DNA of 32,000 nucleotides from Candidatus Saccharimonadota bacterium (GCA_016699935.1 CP064992.1:1080001-1112000), one strand, 5' to 3'. Shown: positions 1-9,800, numbered from the stretch's first letter. The notes: generated by a model not told the origin, from the sequence alone. Made by a program: numbers and translations.

Positions 1-13
1 TCAGAAAACGGCG

Positions 14-430
14 ATGTCTAGCGACGGAGTAGTCCAAAAGGCTGGTGGCATAGTCAGGCACCAAACGACTCATAAGATTGCTGTTGTGACTAATGAATTG
101 GGGAAATGCGTGCTGCCAAAAGGCAGTATTGAGTCAGGAGAGTCCGTTGAAGCCGCCGCTAGGCGCGAGATTTACGAAGAAACTGGGCTTGAAGATCTGA
201 TGCTTGTGCGTGAGCTTGGCGTGCTCATGCGTCCAGGTCATGAATCGGCTCACTCGCAAGACGTCGATGTGGTCAAGCATATTCATCTGTATCTATTTTC
301 AACGACTAGCGATTCACTTAAGCCCGTTCAGAATGACAGTGTTTCAGCAAATTGGATTGCGCCAGATGAGCTTGCATCTACTTTGAGCTGGCTCGAAGAA
401 TACGACTTCATCAGAGGACACTGTCCGTAA
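14..430 (+). CDS. NUDIX-family hydrolase
   Basis: Intact 138-aa ORF. A Nudix box is visible (GSIESGESVEAAARREIYEETGL). Confidence 0.8.
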   Translation: MSSDGVVQKAGGIVRHQTTHKIAVVTNELGKCVLPKGSIESGESVEAAARREIYEETGLEDLMLVRELGVLMRPGHESAHSQDVDVVKHIHLYLFSTTSDSLKPVQNDSVSANWIAPDELASTLSWLEEYDFIRGHCP

Positions 431-443
431 CTGTTCCCCGGTG

Positions 444-1118
444 CTAAATAACAACTCTGCGGGGGCGAAGGATGCGGCGGGGCTTACCAGATGGCACAAT
501 GAGCGTCTTTAGCTTTTCTTCTATAACCTCCGCTTCGGCGTCCATACCGTGTTCTAAGTACGCTCGTTGCAAGAGAGCGTATGTTTCGTGGTTTGGCTCA
601 AGCTCGACTGCCCTCATGAGTGACGCGAACATTAGCTTTTCGTTGCCAAGTTTTTCATTTACCTTCGCATAGGCCACATGACGAGCGGCTAGGTCTTCCT
701 CTAGTTTCAGGGCTTGTTCAAAAGCTATGCCAGCTTTTTCGTAATTTTCCGTTTCATAGTAAATGAGCCCCAGATTATGGAGGCTCGACGGTGTCGCTTC
801 AATGCTGCTGGCAATTTCGAAACAGTCTATGGCATCACGGTATTCCTTTTGTTTGGCATAAAGTATACCAAGGCGGTTGTAGGCGGCCGCGTTTTTTTCG
901 TCAATCTTTAGGATGGTCAGGAGGGCTTTTTCGGCACGCAAAAACCTATTTTCGCGCATGCCCTGGTGTGCTATGTCCCATAGCTTCCCTATGCGGTCGC
1001 CAACCTTCCGCGAAATATCTGACTCTTCATCAGAACGCTTCCGCGTGTGAAGCAAACCCATAAACCCAAAGGCACCGACTACCAATAGTTCGTACATATC
1101 GTTCCAGTAGTATAACAC
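444..1118 (-). CDS. TPR-repeat protein with N-terminal membrane anchor
   Basis: Intact 224-aa ORF. Hydrophobic N-terminus (LLVVGAFGFMGLL) followed by TPR-like units (AAAYNRLGILYAKQKEYRDAIDCFEIA; HNLGLIYYETENYEKAGIAFEQAL). It starts right after the holB stop. Confidence 0.7.
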   Translation of the reverse strand: MLYYWNDMYELLVVGAFGFMGLLHTRKRSDEESDISRKVGDRIGKLWDIAHQGMRENRFLRAEKALLTILKIDEKNAAAYNRLGILYAKQKEYRDAIDCFEIASSIEATPSSLHNLGLIYYETENYEKAGIAFEQALKLEEDLAARHVAYAKVNEKLGNEKLMFASLMRAVELEPNHETYALLQRAYLEHGMDAEAEVIEEKLKTLIVPSGKPRRILRPRRVVI

Positions 1119-1120
1119 AT

Positions 1121-1991
1121 CTAGAGGGCGAGCATGAGCTCGGTCAAGACAATTTTTTGATTGCCACTACGAGCGAGCGACTGAGCGGCAGTATCACTCG
1201 CAGCTACTATGCCATGCCAGCGGCGGAGCGCTTCTATGTCTCCTCTGTCTGCGACACGGTATGCGCTAGACGAAGCTACAGTACTGAGCGTACTTACGAA
1301 ATCGCGGGCGATAGTTTTATCCTTGAGGTCTCTGTCGACCATGACGAGTCGTTCGAATGGTTCTGCAACCAAGGCCTGCTTGACTAGTTGAATCGTTTGA
1401 TCAGTATCTGCGCTCCCAGATTCAAGTAAACGAGCTGTTTCGGCGATGTTTTGGCTAGTTACCAGGAGCAATTGGGTAACTTTATTATGCTCATAGCCGG
1501 TATTAGTAAAATATTTGATGATTTCAGACTCATCTGGGCGTGTGGCACGCAGTTGCTGCACGCGGGAGATTATGGTTGGTAGCAAAAGACGGGGGTGCGA
1601 AGAAACGAGCAATATAACTGTTTGCTTGGGTGGCTCCTCCAGTAGCCTTAAGAGGGCGTTCTGAGCCTCTCTCGTCATGGTGTGCGCATCATCTATAAGG
1701 ATAGCTCGCCCAACCGGAGCTTTGAGATGGCACTTGCAGGCTGACGAAGTTTTGCAAGTCACGTATATGCGCTATGCCGATTGTTCCATTTTCAGGAGTA
1801 ATGATACGCACATATGGGTGCTCGTGCAGCTTATCTTCCCGAGTAACAAGCAGAGTTGCGGTGATATCTCTAGCCAGCGTCGACAACCCTGAACCAGACG
1901 CGCCGGTCACCAAGAGAGATTGCACTGGTCGAGCGAGATATCGATCTACCGCCTCCCGTGTGCTGGGATGTAATACCAAATTGTGGCTCAT
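1121..1991 (-). CDS. holB: DNA polymerase III delta-prime (AAA+ clamp-loader subunit), frame broken once
   Basis: ORF 1689..1991 ([16 protein letters not shown]-loop-like) and ORF 1121..1762 ([25 protein letters not shown]) join into one protein of about 290 aa if a 1-nt shift near 1725-1740 is bridged. Confidence 0.75.
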
Positions 1992-2907
1992 GCTTCCGCA
2001 AGCTCCTGAAAACTCGTTGGCGCATCAGCACGAAACACTTTCCGTTCATGCCCAGCCAGTACGGTGAGCTCAAGCTCCGCCGCATGGAGATACAGACGAT
2101 CCGCTTGCTTGCCCGCATAGAACGTATCGCCGACGATAGGGTGACCTTGGTGAGCCAGATGAACTCGCAACTGGTGCGTCCGTCCAGTTTCTGGTTTCAG
2201 CTCAGGAGGCTATATGCGCTGTTTGAAGAAAGTGTACGATAGGTAGTTTTTGCATGCTTACCCTGCGGCCCAACTCGAAATGTTGCCGGAGCTTTGGGGT
2301 TTCGTTCAATGGGCATGTCGATGATTGCCGCACCAGGTTTCATATGCCCTTCTATGACGGCCAGGTACGTTTTTGGTGCGGCGCTGTGCAAATTGCCTTT
2401 GCAACCAGCTGAGCGCTTCCGGTGTCTTGGCGCAAATCATCACCCCGCTCGTTGCCCTATCTAACCGATGCACAATCCCCGCCCGCTGCCCACCGTGAAA
2501 GCTCCGACCTTCACGTTTGGTTGGACTTCGTCTGGGCGTGAAAGGTCGGAGCTTTCACGTTTTGAGAGTCGGGAACGGAGCCAGGTGGCGACGGTTGCTT
2601 CCGGGTTGAAGGCGCCTTTGCTGTGCGTGAGGATACCTTCGGGCTTATAGATAACCACACAGTCATCGTCTTCGTAAAGCACCTTAAGTTCGATATCTGG
2701 AATCTGTGCCTCCTGGGCTTCGTCATAGTCGACAATAACTACATCGTTTGACCTCATTTTGTAGCCCGGTTTCACCTGGGATAGTCCGTTTACAGAGACG
2801 CGTTTCGTCTCGATGAGTTTTGCAGCAAAGGCACGACTAAGCTGCGGCAGCATTGCCACCACCCGCTGATCCAACCGCTCCGCCCGACTGACTTCAAGAT
2901 TTGCCAT
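1988..2907 (-). CDS. rluD: RluA/RluD-family pseudouridine synthase (S4 domain plus catalytic domain), frame broken about 3 times
   Basis: Four pieces: 2461..2907 (S4-like N-terminus, [11 protein letters not shown]); an unlisted frame around 2400-2470 reading [19 protein letters not shown] (catalytic Asp motif); 2197..2391 (YLAVIEGH); 1988..2170 ([12 protein letters not shown]). Shifts lie near 2475, 2392 and 2195. Confidence 0.8.
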
Positions 2908-2913
2908 AGCACT

Positions 2914-2942
2914 ATTCTAACAGAGGTAGACGCTATTGTCAT
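2914..2942 (-). promoter_or_regulatory. Candidate sigma70-type promoter giving a leaderless rluD mRNA
   Basis: Minus strand reads ATGACA, 17 nt, TAGAAT, 6 nt, then the rluD ATG (2907). No SD lies between them. Confidence 0.4.
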
Positions 2943-3128
2943 CTTAAGCGAATCTCGTTTGAGCGTATTCGAAAGCTCTTCTCGATTCGGATTCGATGTG
3001 TTTATCGGCTGTTCATTTTTCGCCTTCGTCGAAACTTTCAACTGCTTTTCGCGGGCGATTACAACTTCTGACGATTATGACTTCTCGAGAGGATCCTTCG
3101 ACTTCGCTCAGGATGACTTAGCTATATA

Positions 3129-4529
3129 TCACTCAAGTGGTGAACCATTGTCGAGTTGTTTTTCAGGTGTTAGGAAAACCGGACCATCTTCGCCCTGCAG
3201 TGCAAGCAACATTCCCTGGCTGGTCTCACCCATCATTGTTCGTTCCGCCAGATTGACAAGCACCGGAACTTGCTTTCCTACAAAATCCTCTGGTGTATAG
3301 AACTCTTGCATTCCAGTCAATATCTGTCTGCTTTCATTCCCTAAATCAACTTGAAGCTTTATAAGTTTATCGCTTCCTGGCACTTTTTCTGATATCCAAG
3401 AGTTCCTATGAGAGGAACATCCACTTTTGCAAAATGGTCGAAACTGATGACAGATGGTTTAGTACGCGCACCCGCTCTGCTCTCATCTTTTGTTTTTGAG
3501 AACGCAAGCCCAATGCTCTTTGGACACGAGCAAGTGTGGAGTTGGCGATTTCGTTCATCGCGTGTTCGTCGGATTCCAGTTTTTGCTTGAGAGCGGCATC
3601 ATCTACCTGCGCTAGGCGTTCTTGGAAAGCATGCAGGAATTCGGCTACAGCCACTGCTGTATCTATTTTGAGTGGGCCGTATTGTGTTTGGCCGGTGAAG
3701 CGCGCTTTGATTTCATCGTACGGATTACCCGTGGCGAGCGCCAGAATCTGCATGAGGTTGACGATACCTGGCTGGTCTTGGTTATCGACATCAATCTTGC
3801 CGAAGCTATCGGTAGTGGCACTATGAATCTTTTTGGCCGCCGCCTCCGGAGTATCACCCAAGAAGATTATGCCCTTGCCAGATTCGTCACTCTTGCTCAT
3901 CTTTTCGTCGGATCTTGCAGGTCCTTTATGCGGAGTCCTTGTTCTTTCCCAAAAAACTCGTGCTGTTTCGCGACTGGCTCCGGTACCGTAAAGAGTTCTC
4001 GCTCGAACTTGCTATTCATACGTTCCGCAATATCCCGCGCAAACTCGAGGTGCTGGCTCTGATCGTCTCCTACCGGCACATACCGCGCCCCATACAGCAA
4101 AATATCCGCCGCCATCAGAACTGGGTAGTTAAACAACCCCATGCTAATAGTTTCATTACCTAGGCTCGAAGATTTATCTTTAAACTGCGTCATACGTTCC
4201 ATTTGGCCAACACCAGTGAAGCAGTCCAGGATCCAAGTTAGCTCACTATGGGCGGAGATGTAGCTTTGGCGGTAGATGTGAACGCTGGGGTTATCGAGCG
4301 GCAGGCCTGCGGCGACGTACAGACGGAGGTTGTGCATTATTTGGCCCTGTAGCAGGCTGTGATCAATCGGTGTCGTGAAACTATGCAGGTCTGGTACGAA
4401 AAGATTTACTTCGTATTCGTCTGACCGCGTCTTGGCCATATCGACCATAGGTAGCAGCGCCCCAAAGTAGTTGCCGATGTGCAAATCGTTATTGGCCCGT
4501 AGCCCGGTAAGAATGACTGGTTTGTTCAT
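3129..4529 (-). CDS. trpS: Tryptophanyl-tRNA synthetase fused to a C-terminal OB-fold tRNA-binding domain (Trbp111/EMAP/CsaA-like), frame broken about 3 times
   Basis: 3897..4529 carries the HIGH-type motif (LHIGNYFG). 3406..3900 begins inside KMSKS (..DPTKR* then MSKSD); the A-run at 3902-3905 has 4 A where 5 would give KKMSKS. 3129..3383 plus an upstream frame reads ISFDHFAKVD...VPGSDKLIKLQVDLG...SQGMLLA, which is a tRNA-binding domain. Another break sits in the A-run at 3384-3388. Confidence 0.85.
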
Positions 4530-4587
4530 AGTTCTAGTATATCCTATATTAGTACATTTCCCTCTTGGGCTTGTTCAAGCGCGACCA

Positions 4588-5200
4588 TCATTTCCTTAAT
4601 CCGTCCAACCCGTATGGATTTCGCATCAAGGTGTTAATTGTTTCTTGTGTCCAGTTAGATTCTCTATCAACGAGAGCAGCATAATAGCTTTGTGCAGATG
4701 GTGTTAGTATCCGCGGTTCACAATCGCGTAAAAATGGTAAATCTGTTTTGCATAGTAACGCCATCATCATCTGTCAAAGTGCCATATGTAAATCATGTTT
4801 GTCAACACTCATTGCCAGGGGATTGAGACCTATAGCAGATAGATGTCTTCTAACGCGATTGGTGCAATGCCTCTCGCGGTAACTACCGTTTCCTGCCGGT
4901 TCATTAAAGCATGTACAATACTTATGCGAGACCTCGGCTCCATTTGCCTTTTGCTTGTCGGGATAGCCCCATAACGCTTGTTTGGAGTACCACTTCATGA
5001 ACAGCACTAATCCCAATTGCATCAGCTGGAGGCGCACACCAATGAGTAATTTCAGACTGCTCAATAACTTCTTCGGCTGAGACATGAGTATTTATTGCAC
5101 CTCCTGCGATATCGTATGTAGCAACTTTCAAACCTGATTTTTCGATTCTCGTTCTTAGCTGACTCCCAAGGTCACCCTCTGCGCCAATGACACCAATCAC
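4588..5200 (-). CDS. Rossmann-like NAD(P)-binding protein, fragmented over at least 3 frames (prephenate-dehydrogenase-like is only a guess)
   Basis: GTG start at 5200 preceded by AAAAAGGAG. N-terminus VIGVIGAEGDLGSQL looks like a dinucleotide-binding loop. Later pieces are 4774..5085 and 4588..4770. No diagnostic motif was recognised. Confidence 0.3.
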
Positions 5201-5371
5201 TTCTGCGCTCCTTTTTCAGGTATAGTATCTTTTGGTTTACCTTCAAAATCTTCACGAATAACCATTGCTGTCGCAGTGCTTAACACTTCTCGACTCGGTT
5301 TTAGGCCTAGTACAAGGCAATACCGTCTCCTCATCAACACCTGGTGGTCGTAATATTACGTCGACGCTCAT
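5197..5371 (-). CDS. Small hypothetical protein (about 58 aa if one frame shift is bridged)
   Basis: Strong SD (AAAGGAGAG) lies 4 nt before the ATG at 5371. The first frame stops at 5252. A second frame runs to a TGA overlapping the GTG of the next ORF (GTGA at 5197-5200). Confidence 0.3.
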
Positions 5372-5394
5372 ATTTCTCTCCTTTTTCGTATATT

Positions 5395-5417
5395 AAAAAC
5401 CGCCTTTGTGGCGGTTT
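5395..5417 (-). terminator. Intrinsic terminator inside the leader of the 5371 unit (attenuator candidate)
   Basis: Minus strand reads AAACCGCCAC aaa GGCGGTTTTT followed by A/T. Confidence 0.6.
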
Positions 5418-5515
5418 CGTTTTCTGGTTAATTATTTGCTTAACAACGAGAACAGACCGCCACGGAAGTGTCGGTATACCAATATGAGTTGGCCTGTGCT
5501 GTTATCATGACGTGC

Positions 5516-5545
5516 ATAATACTACACATTGGGCTAATTCTGCAA
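5516..5545 (-). promoter_or_regulatory. Candidate promoter downstream of the rpsI terminator
   Basis: Minus strand reads TTGCAG (5540-5545), 18 nt, TATTAT (5516-5521). Confidence 0.45.
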
Positions 5546-5554
5546 CGTTAAAAC

Positions 5555-5582
5555 AAAAACTCCTTTTGTTTAAGGAGTTTTT
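5555..5582 (-). terminator. Intrinsic (bidirectional-looking) terminator after rpsI
   Basis: An 11-bp stem AAAAACTCCTT / AAGGAGTTTTT with a T-run, 20 nt downstream of the rpsI stop. Confidence 0.7.
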
Positions 5583-5601
5583 GTTTTGGCTATTTATATG
5601 T

Positions 5602-6009
5602 TTAGCGTTTAGTGAATTGGCGTTGTTTGCGGGCGCCTTTGAGGCCAAACTTCTTGCGTTCGCGTTCGCGGCTATCGCGGCCGAGCAGTTCAGCGCGGCG
5701 CAATGTTGCCTTGTAGTCCTCATTCTTCTCCACGAGAGCCCTGGCAATCCCAAGACGAATCGCATCGGCTTGACCAGCGTGTCCGCCGCCACTTACAACG
5801 ACAGTTACATCGTAGTCTTTCAGTGGGAGTTCAAGCACAGCAAACGGTTTCTGGATTTCACCTAGCAGCAGTTTGCTCTCGGCAAAATATTCGGCAACTG
5901 GTTTGTTGTTGATAACAACGTTGCCTTTGCCTTTCATGAGTCGCACGCGTGCCGTGGCGCTTTTACGGCGGCCTAGAGCATAGTAGTAGTGTGAGGCTTT
6001 ATCTGCCAT
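5602..6009 (-). CDS. rpsI: 30S ribosomal protein S9
   Basis: Intact 135 aa; YYALGRRKSATARVRL ... ends RKQRQFTKR. Confidence 0.95.
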   Translation of the reverse strand: MADKASHYYYALGRRKSATARVRLMKGKGNVVINNKPVAEYFAESKLLLGEIQKPFAVLELPLKDYDVTVVVSGGGHAGQADAIRLGIARALVEKNEDYKATLRRAELLGRDSRERERKKFGLKGARKQRQFTKR

Positions 6010-6023
6010 TATGCATTCCTTTC

Positions 6024-6160
6024 CTGATTTAGCAGATCACATTGAACAGATGGCAGAAATTGAGCATTTTGCATTTTACATGCACTCGCACCTATGATTC
6101 GCCTGCTACCTGACGTCTGAAAATTTTCTGAAAACTGAAAATTGATACCTGATACCTGCA
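6024..6160 (-). repeat. Heptad-registered intergenic element, copy A (rplM | rpsI)
   Basis: CTGATTTAGCAG...GGCAGAAAT...CTGCTACCTGA...GATACCTGATACCTGCA. It fills the gap between the inferred rplM stop (6161) and the rpsI SD. Confidence 0.85.
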
Positions 6161-6600
6161 TTATTTGCTCCTCTTGAGCGAATAATGCTCTGGTTTTTGG
6201 GGGCGTGGTTATGCTCGGCGCCTGTGTATATTTTCAGGCGAGCGAGACGACCATCGCGCAGTTTATTGCCAGGTAGCATGCCGCGCACAGCTTGCAATAT
6301 TACTTCAGTGCTGTCTTTAGCAACGACGTCTTTGAGCTGTCGCTCACGCAGGCCACCTGGGTAGCCACTGTGGTTGTAATACATTTTATCGGTCATTTTA
6401 GCACCGGTAACCTGAAGCTTGTCGGCGTTAATTACTATGACAAAATCACCACAGTCAATATGACTTGTGAACATCGGCTTACCTTTACCGGTCAGTAGGG
6501 TTGCAACTTGTGTGGCAACTCGACCTAGCGTGGTTTCAGATGCATCCACGACATACCACTTTCGGGTAACCTCGCTTGGTTTTGCAGAATATGTGCTCAT
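6161..6600 (-). CDS. rplM: 50S ribosomal protein L13, C-terminal frame break
   Basis: MSTYSAKPSEVTRKWYVVDA...GYPGG. The listed ORF (6106..6600) reads through into the repeat. Adding one base in the C/A runs near 6178-6186 gives HAPQKPEHYSLKRSK* ending at 6161. Confidence 0.9.
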
Positions 6601-6645
6601 ACTATCTCTCCCCGCTCTTTCTCACTTGTACGGCTGGCTTGTGAC

Positions 6646-7142
6646 TCAGGTGCTTATCGGCTGCCTTTGCAACTCGATTTGCACTTGGGGCTGCCTTTTG
6701 ACAGGGGTGGTTTTAACTTCATCCTGTTCATGACTTTGTTTGACTGGGGCTTTGCTGGCTGCCTTTGCAACCGGTGCTTCCTTAAGATCGTCCACAAAAC
6801 TGACGCGAGCCATTTCAGCATTGTCACCGCGGCGGTTGTCTGTTCGTTCAACGCGTAGGTGGCCGCTACTGCGTCCACTCAACTTCGGGGCAATTTCATC
6901 AAATAGGCGATGTGCTGTTGAAACAGTTTGAAGCAGCAGCAAGTACCTGACGGCGATTATGGAGATCACCTTTTAGCCTTGGTGATGAGTCGCTCGACAT
7001 ACGGTGCAACTGTCTTCGCTTTTGGCAGTGTCGTTACAATTGAGCCATTGATGATGAGCGCCTCAGCGAGACTCTTCACGAGTGCTTCTCGCTGGTCACT
7101 CTCGCGACCAAATTTGGTTCCTTTATATCCGTGACGGTGCAT
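6646..7142 (-). CDS. rplQ: 50S ribosomal protein L17, frame broken twice
   Basis: ATG at 7142 gives [58 protein letters not shown] second frame gives [16 protein letters not shown] 6646..6969 gives [43 protein letters not shown]. Shifts lie near 6970 and 6925-6940. Confidence 0.9.
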
Positions 7143-7143
7143 A

Positions 7144-8083
7144 TTACAACTCCAATTCCGCCAGTTTATCTTTCACTTCGTCGAGTGCCTTGCTGCCAAA
7201 GCCCTTCAGGTCACGAAGTTCGGCATCGCTCAGAGCAAACAAGTCCTGAATGGTGTGAATATCGTTGTTGACGAGAGCGTTAGTTGTCCGGGCAGTAAGG
7301 TTTAGGTCTTCAATACTCGTATTGAGCATGGATCCGTCTTCGACACTTACATCACCGGCTTCATGTACAGCAGCGTTGGCTTCTTGGGCAGGAAGACGAG
7401 TTTTTCCGGCGAGTGCGGCATACTGGTTTACTAAGTATAGCGGCCGCTTCCTCAAACGCATCCCGAGAAGTAATTGTCCCGTCGGTATCAATAGTGAGAC
7501 TCAGTTTGTCGAGATCTATCATCTGGCCTACACGTGTCTTATCAACCTTATAGCGACAACGGACGACCGGACTGAAAATGGTATCAAGCGCAACGAAATC
7601 GCTTTGCTTCTTGGCCGTGCTTTCTTCAATAGTGCGGTAACCGCGACCAGTTTCAACCACGAGGTCAATGATGAGACTTGCCTTGTCGTCGTCTATGGTG
7701 GCAATGACCTGATCGGTACTTACCACCTCTATGTCGGCATTGCCTTGGATATCTTTGCCCGTAATAACACCTTTACCTTTTTTGGTAATCCGAACGGTAT
7801 GGGCATCCTCACCGTAAACACGGAAGCGCAATTGCTTCAGATTAAGCATAATTGCAACCACGTCTTCTTTTACACCTTTAATAGTCGTAAATTCATGGGT
7901 GGCGCCATCAATCTTAAAGCTGGTAATACCAGCACCACTGATACTTGAAAGTAGTACACGGCGAAGACTGTTGCCAAGTGTCATGCCGTAGCCCGTTTGT
8001 AAGGGCTCAATCACAAACGTACTGCTCGTAGCGCTGTGATCGTCGACGGCGACAAGTCCTGGAGTATGAATCATTTTTGACAT
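7144..8083 (-). CDS. rpoA: DNA-directed RNA polymerase alpha subunit, frame broken once
   Basis: N-terminal domain in 7361..8083 ([21 protein letters not shown]). C-terminal domain in 7144..7491 ([25 protein letters not shown]). The junction is near 7432-7442. Confidence 0.93.
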
Positions 8084-8103
8084 ATCTTTGAAATGTCCTT
8101 TCC

Positions 8104-8721
8104 TTAGCGTGAGTAGTACTCAACAATTAGTTGTTCGTTAATTTCTGGTTCAGCATCTTCACGCAGCGGAATGCCGGTAATTTTCAGCTGGACTTTCTTT
8201 CGGTCTACAGTCTCCCAGTTGGGAGTAGTGCTTGGTGCTGGGCTTGTTTCATCGAGTTTCTTGAAATACTCGCTCGACTTACTATGCTCGCGGAGTTCAA
8301 TGACATCGCCTACTCGGAGTCGGATAGATGGTATATCAACGCGTCGTCCGTTCAGCATGAAGTGACCATGTGTCACAAGCTGGCGAGCAGCGCGTCTTGA
8401 TGGGGCAAAACCTGCACGGTAGACTCCATTATCAAGCCTTCTTTCTAGATACTGAAGCAATGTTGCGCCGGATTGACCGGGTGTGCGTGATGCTTCCGCC
8501 ATGAGGTTAGAGAACTGCTTCTCGAGTAGGCCATAGAGCCGCTTAACTTTCTGCTTTTCCCGCAGCTGCAAAGAATATTGGCTCGGTTTGTTCCGGGTGC
8601 GCGCATTGGCTGCCTGACCGGGCATATTTGTTCGCTTTGCAAGTGCCTTGTGTGCCTTCGGGTGCAAGGCATAGCCTTCACGGCGCGACATTTTAACGAT
8701 AGAACCAGTATCACGTGCCAT
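8104..8721 (-). CDS. rpsD: 30S ribosomal protein S4
   Basis: The true start is MARDTGSIVKMSRREG at 8721 (SD AGGAG upstream). The listed ORF start at 8754 is a repeat-borne extension. Confidence 0.93.
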   Translation of the reverse strand: MARDTGSIVKMSRREGYALHPKAHKALAKRTNMPGQAANARTRNKPSQYSLQLREKQKVKRLYGLLEKQFSNLMAEASRTPGQSGATLLQYLERRLDNGVYRAGFAPSRRAARQLVTHGHFMLNGRRVDIPSIRLRVGDVIELREHSKSSEYFKKLDETSPAPSTTPNWETVDRKKVQLKITGIPLREDAEPEINEQLIVEYYSR

Positions 8722-8734
8722 TATGCATCTCCTT

Positions 8735-8870
8735 CTGGATTTAGCAGGGAGCATTGAGCATTTGGCAGAGATTTGACAGATTGCAATTGGCAGATGTTGC
8801 CACGTGCAGCTAATCTGCTACCTGAAACCTGTGATATTTCTGTTACCTGAAAAATGTTACTTGAAGTTTT
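8735..8870 (-). repeat. Heptad-registered intergenic element, copy B (rpsK | rpsD)
   Basis: CTGGATTTAGCAGGGAGCATTGAGCATTTGGCAGAGAT...CTGCTACCTGAAACCTGTGATATTTCTGTTACCTGAAAAATG. Confidence 0.85.
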
Positions 8871-8887
8871 GAGTGGGTTGTTCACGG

Positions 8888-9289
8888 CTAGACCCTCCTT
8901 GCTTTCTTTGGTCGAACGCCGCCGTGCGGCACACCAGTCACGTCTGTGATGCTTTCTATGGCAATGCCCACTGTCTGCATAGCTCGGATTGCTGCATCTC
9001 GGCCAAGGCCAACGCCTTTGACAAAAACGTTTACCTTGCTGAGGCCATAGCCTTGCTTGGCAAGATTGCCGGCTTTTTCTGCCGCAACCTGAGCTGCATA
9101 TGCGGTACCCTTTTTAGAACCGCGGAACCCGCAGGCTCCTGCGCTGGAAGCTGCCAGTGCACCACCACTTGTGTCTGTTAGCGTAACGATTGTGTTGTTG
9201 AATGTAGCCTGAATATGCAATTGTCCAGCCGAAACGCTGCGCTTTGCCTTCTTTTTCTTGGCTACTGTTGCCGTAGGTGTATCTGCCAT
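8888..9289 (-). CDS. rpsK: 30S ribosomal protein S11
   Basis: Intact 133 aa; LHIQATFNNTIVTLTD...GFRGSKKGT. Confidence 0.95.
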   Translation of the reverse strand: MADTPTATVAKKKKAKRSVSAGQLHIQATFNNTIVTLTDTSGGALAASSAGACGFRGSKKGTAYAAQVAAEKAGNLAKQGYGLSKVNVFVKGVGLGRDAAIRAMQTVGIAIESITDVTGVPHGGVRPKKARRV

Positions 9290-9407
9290 TATGCGCTCCT
9301 CTTGGTCACTGTGGGCGAGAGGTTATAGGTTATAGGTGCTAGGTTGTTTGAAGATCCTTGAACCTTCAACATAGAACCATCAACTTGTTGAAATGCGTAG
9401 TAATTCA
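9290..9407 (-). repeat. Heptamer-array spacer (rpsM | rpsK)
   Basis: GGTTATA GGTTATA GGTGCTA GGTTG on the left faces AACC-word units on the right (GAACCTTCAACATAGAACCATCAAC). Confidence 0.6.
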
Positions 9408-9797
9408 TTAGGTCTTACTTGCTACTTTCTTAGCCGTGCCTCCGACAGTTACTTTCTTGCCCCGTCTAGTGCGTGCATTGGTTTTTGTACGCTGCCCGCG
9501 TGATGGCAAACTGTTCTTATGACGCAGACCACGGTAGCTTCCGATGTCTTTCAGACGTTTGATATTACCGCTAACGATACGCTGCAACTCACCTTCTACG
9601 GTGAGGTGTTCATTGATATAATCTTGAACCCGACCAATTTCGGCATCGGTCAAATCTTTGACGCGAACCGTTGGATCGATCTTTGCTGCCGATAGTATGC
9701 CTTCTGCTGTTTTTGGTCCAATGCCATAAACATAGGTAAGCGCGACCCATACTTGCTTTTCGGCGGGTATTGTCACACCAGATATACGTGCTGCCAT
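9408..9797 (-). CDS. rpsM: 30S ribosomal protein S13
   Basis: Intact 129 aa; MAARISGVTIPAEKQVWVALTYVYGIG. Confidence 0.95.
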   Translation of the reverse strand: MAARISGVTIPAEKQVWVALTYVYGIGPKTAEGILSAAKIDPTVRVKDLTDAEIGRVQDYINEHLTVEGELQRIVSGNIKRLKDIGSYRGLRHKNSLPSRGQRTKTNARTRRGKKVTVGGTAKKVASKT

Positions 9798-9800
9798 ATG

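Noticed and set aside
2790-3041. 83-aa minus-strand ORF spanning the rluD start and upstream spacer
   Set aside because: It overlaps the well-supported rluD N-terminus in another frame and runs through the CGAAT/ATTCG low-complexity spacer. It has no motif support.
3897-3905. Programmed ribosomal frameshifting (prfB/dnaX style) as the explanation for the broken frames
   Set aside because: There are too many sites (about 30 or more), with both +1 and -1 shifts. No shared slippery-heptamer or SD-stimulator context is visible. The breaks occur inside catalytic motifs such as KMSKS, which fits indel errors better.
7265-7948. Long plus-strand ORFs opposite r-protein and rpoA genes (e.g. 7265..7948, 12814..13368, 15475..16125, 20149..20643, 19624..20091)
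   Set aside because: They are antisense shadows of clearly identifiable minus-strand genes. Their translations are low-complexity with no recognisable motifs, no SDs and no independent support.
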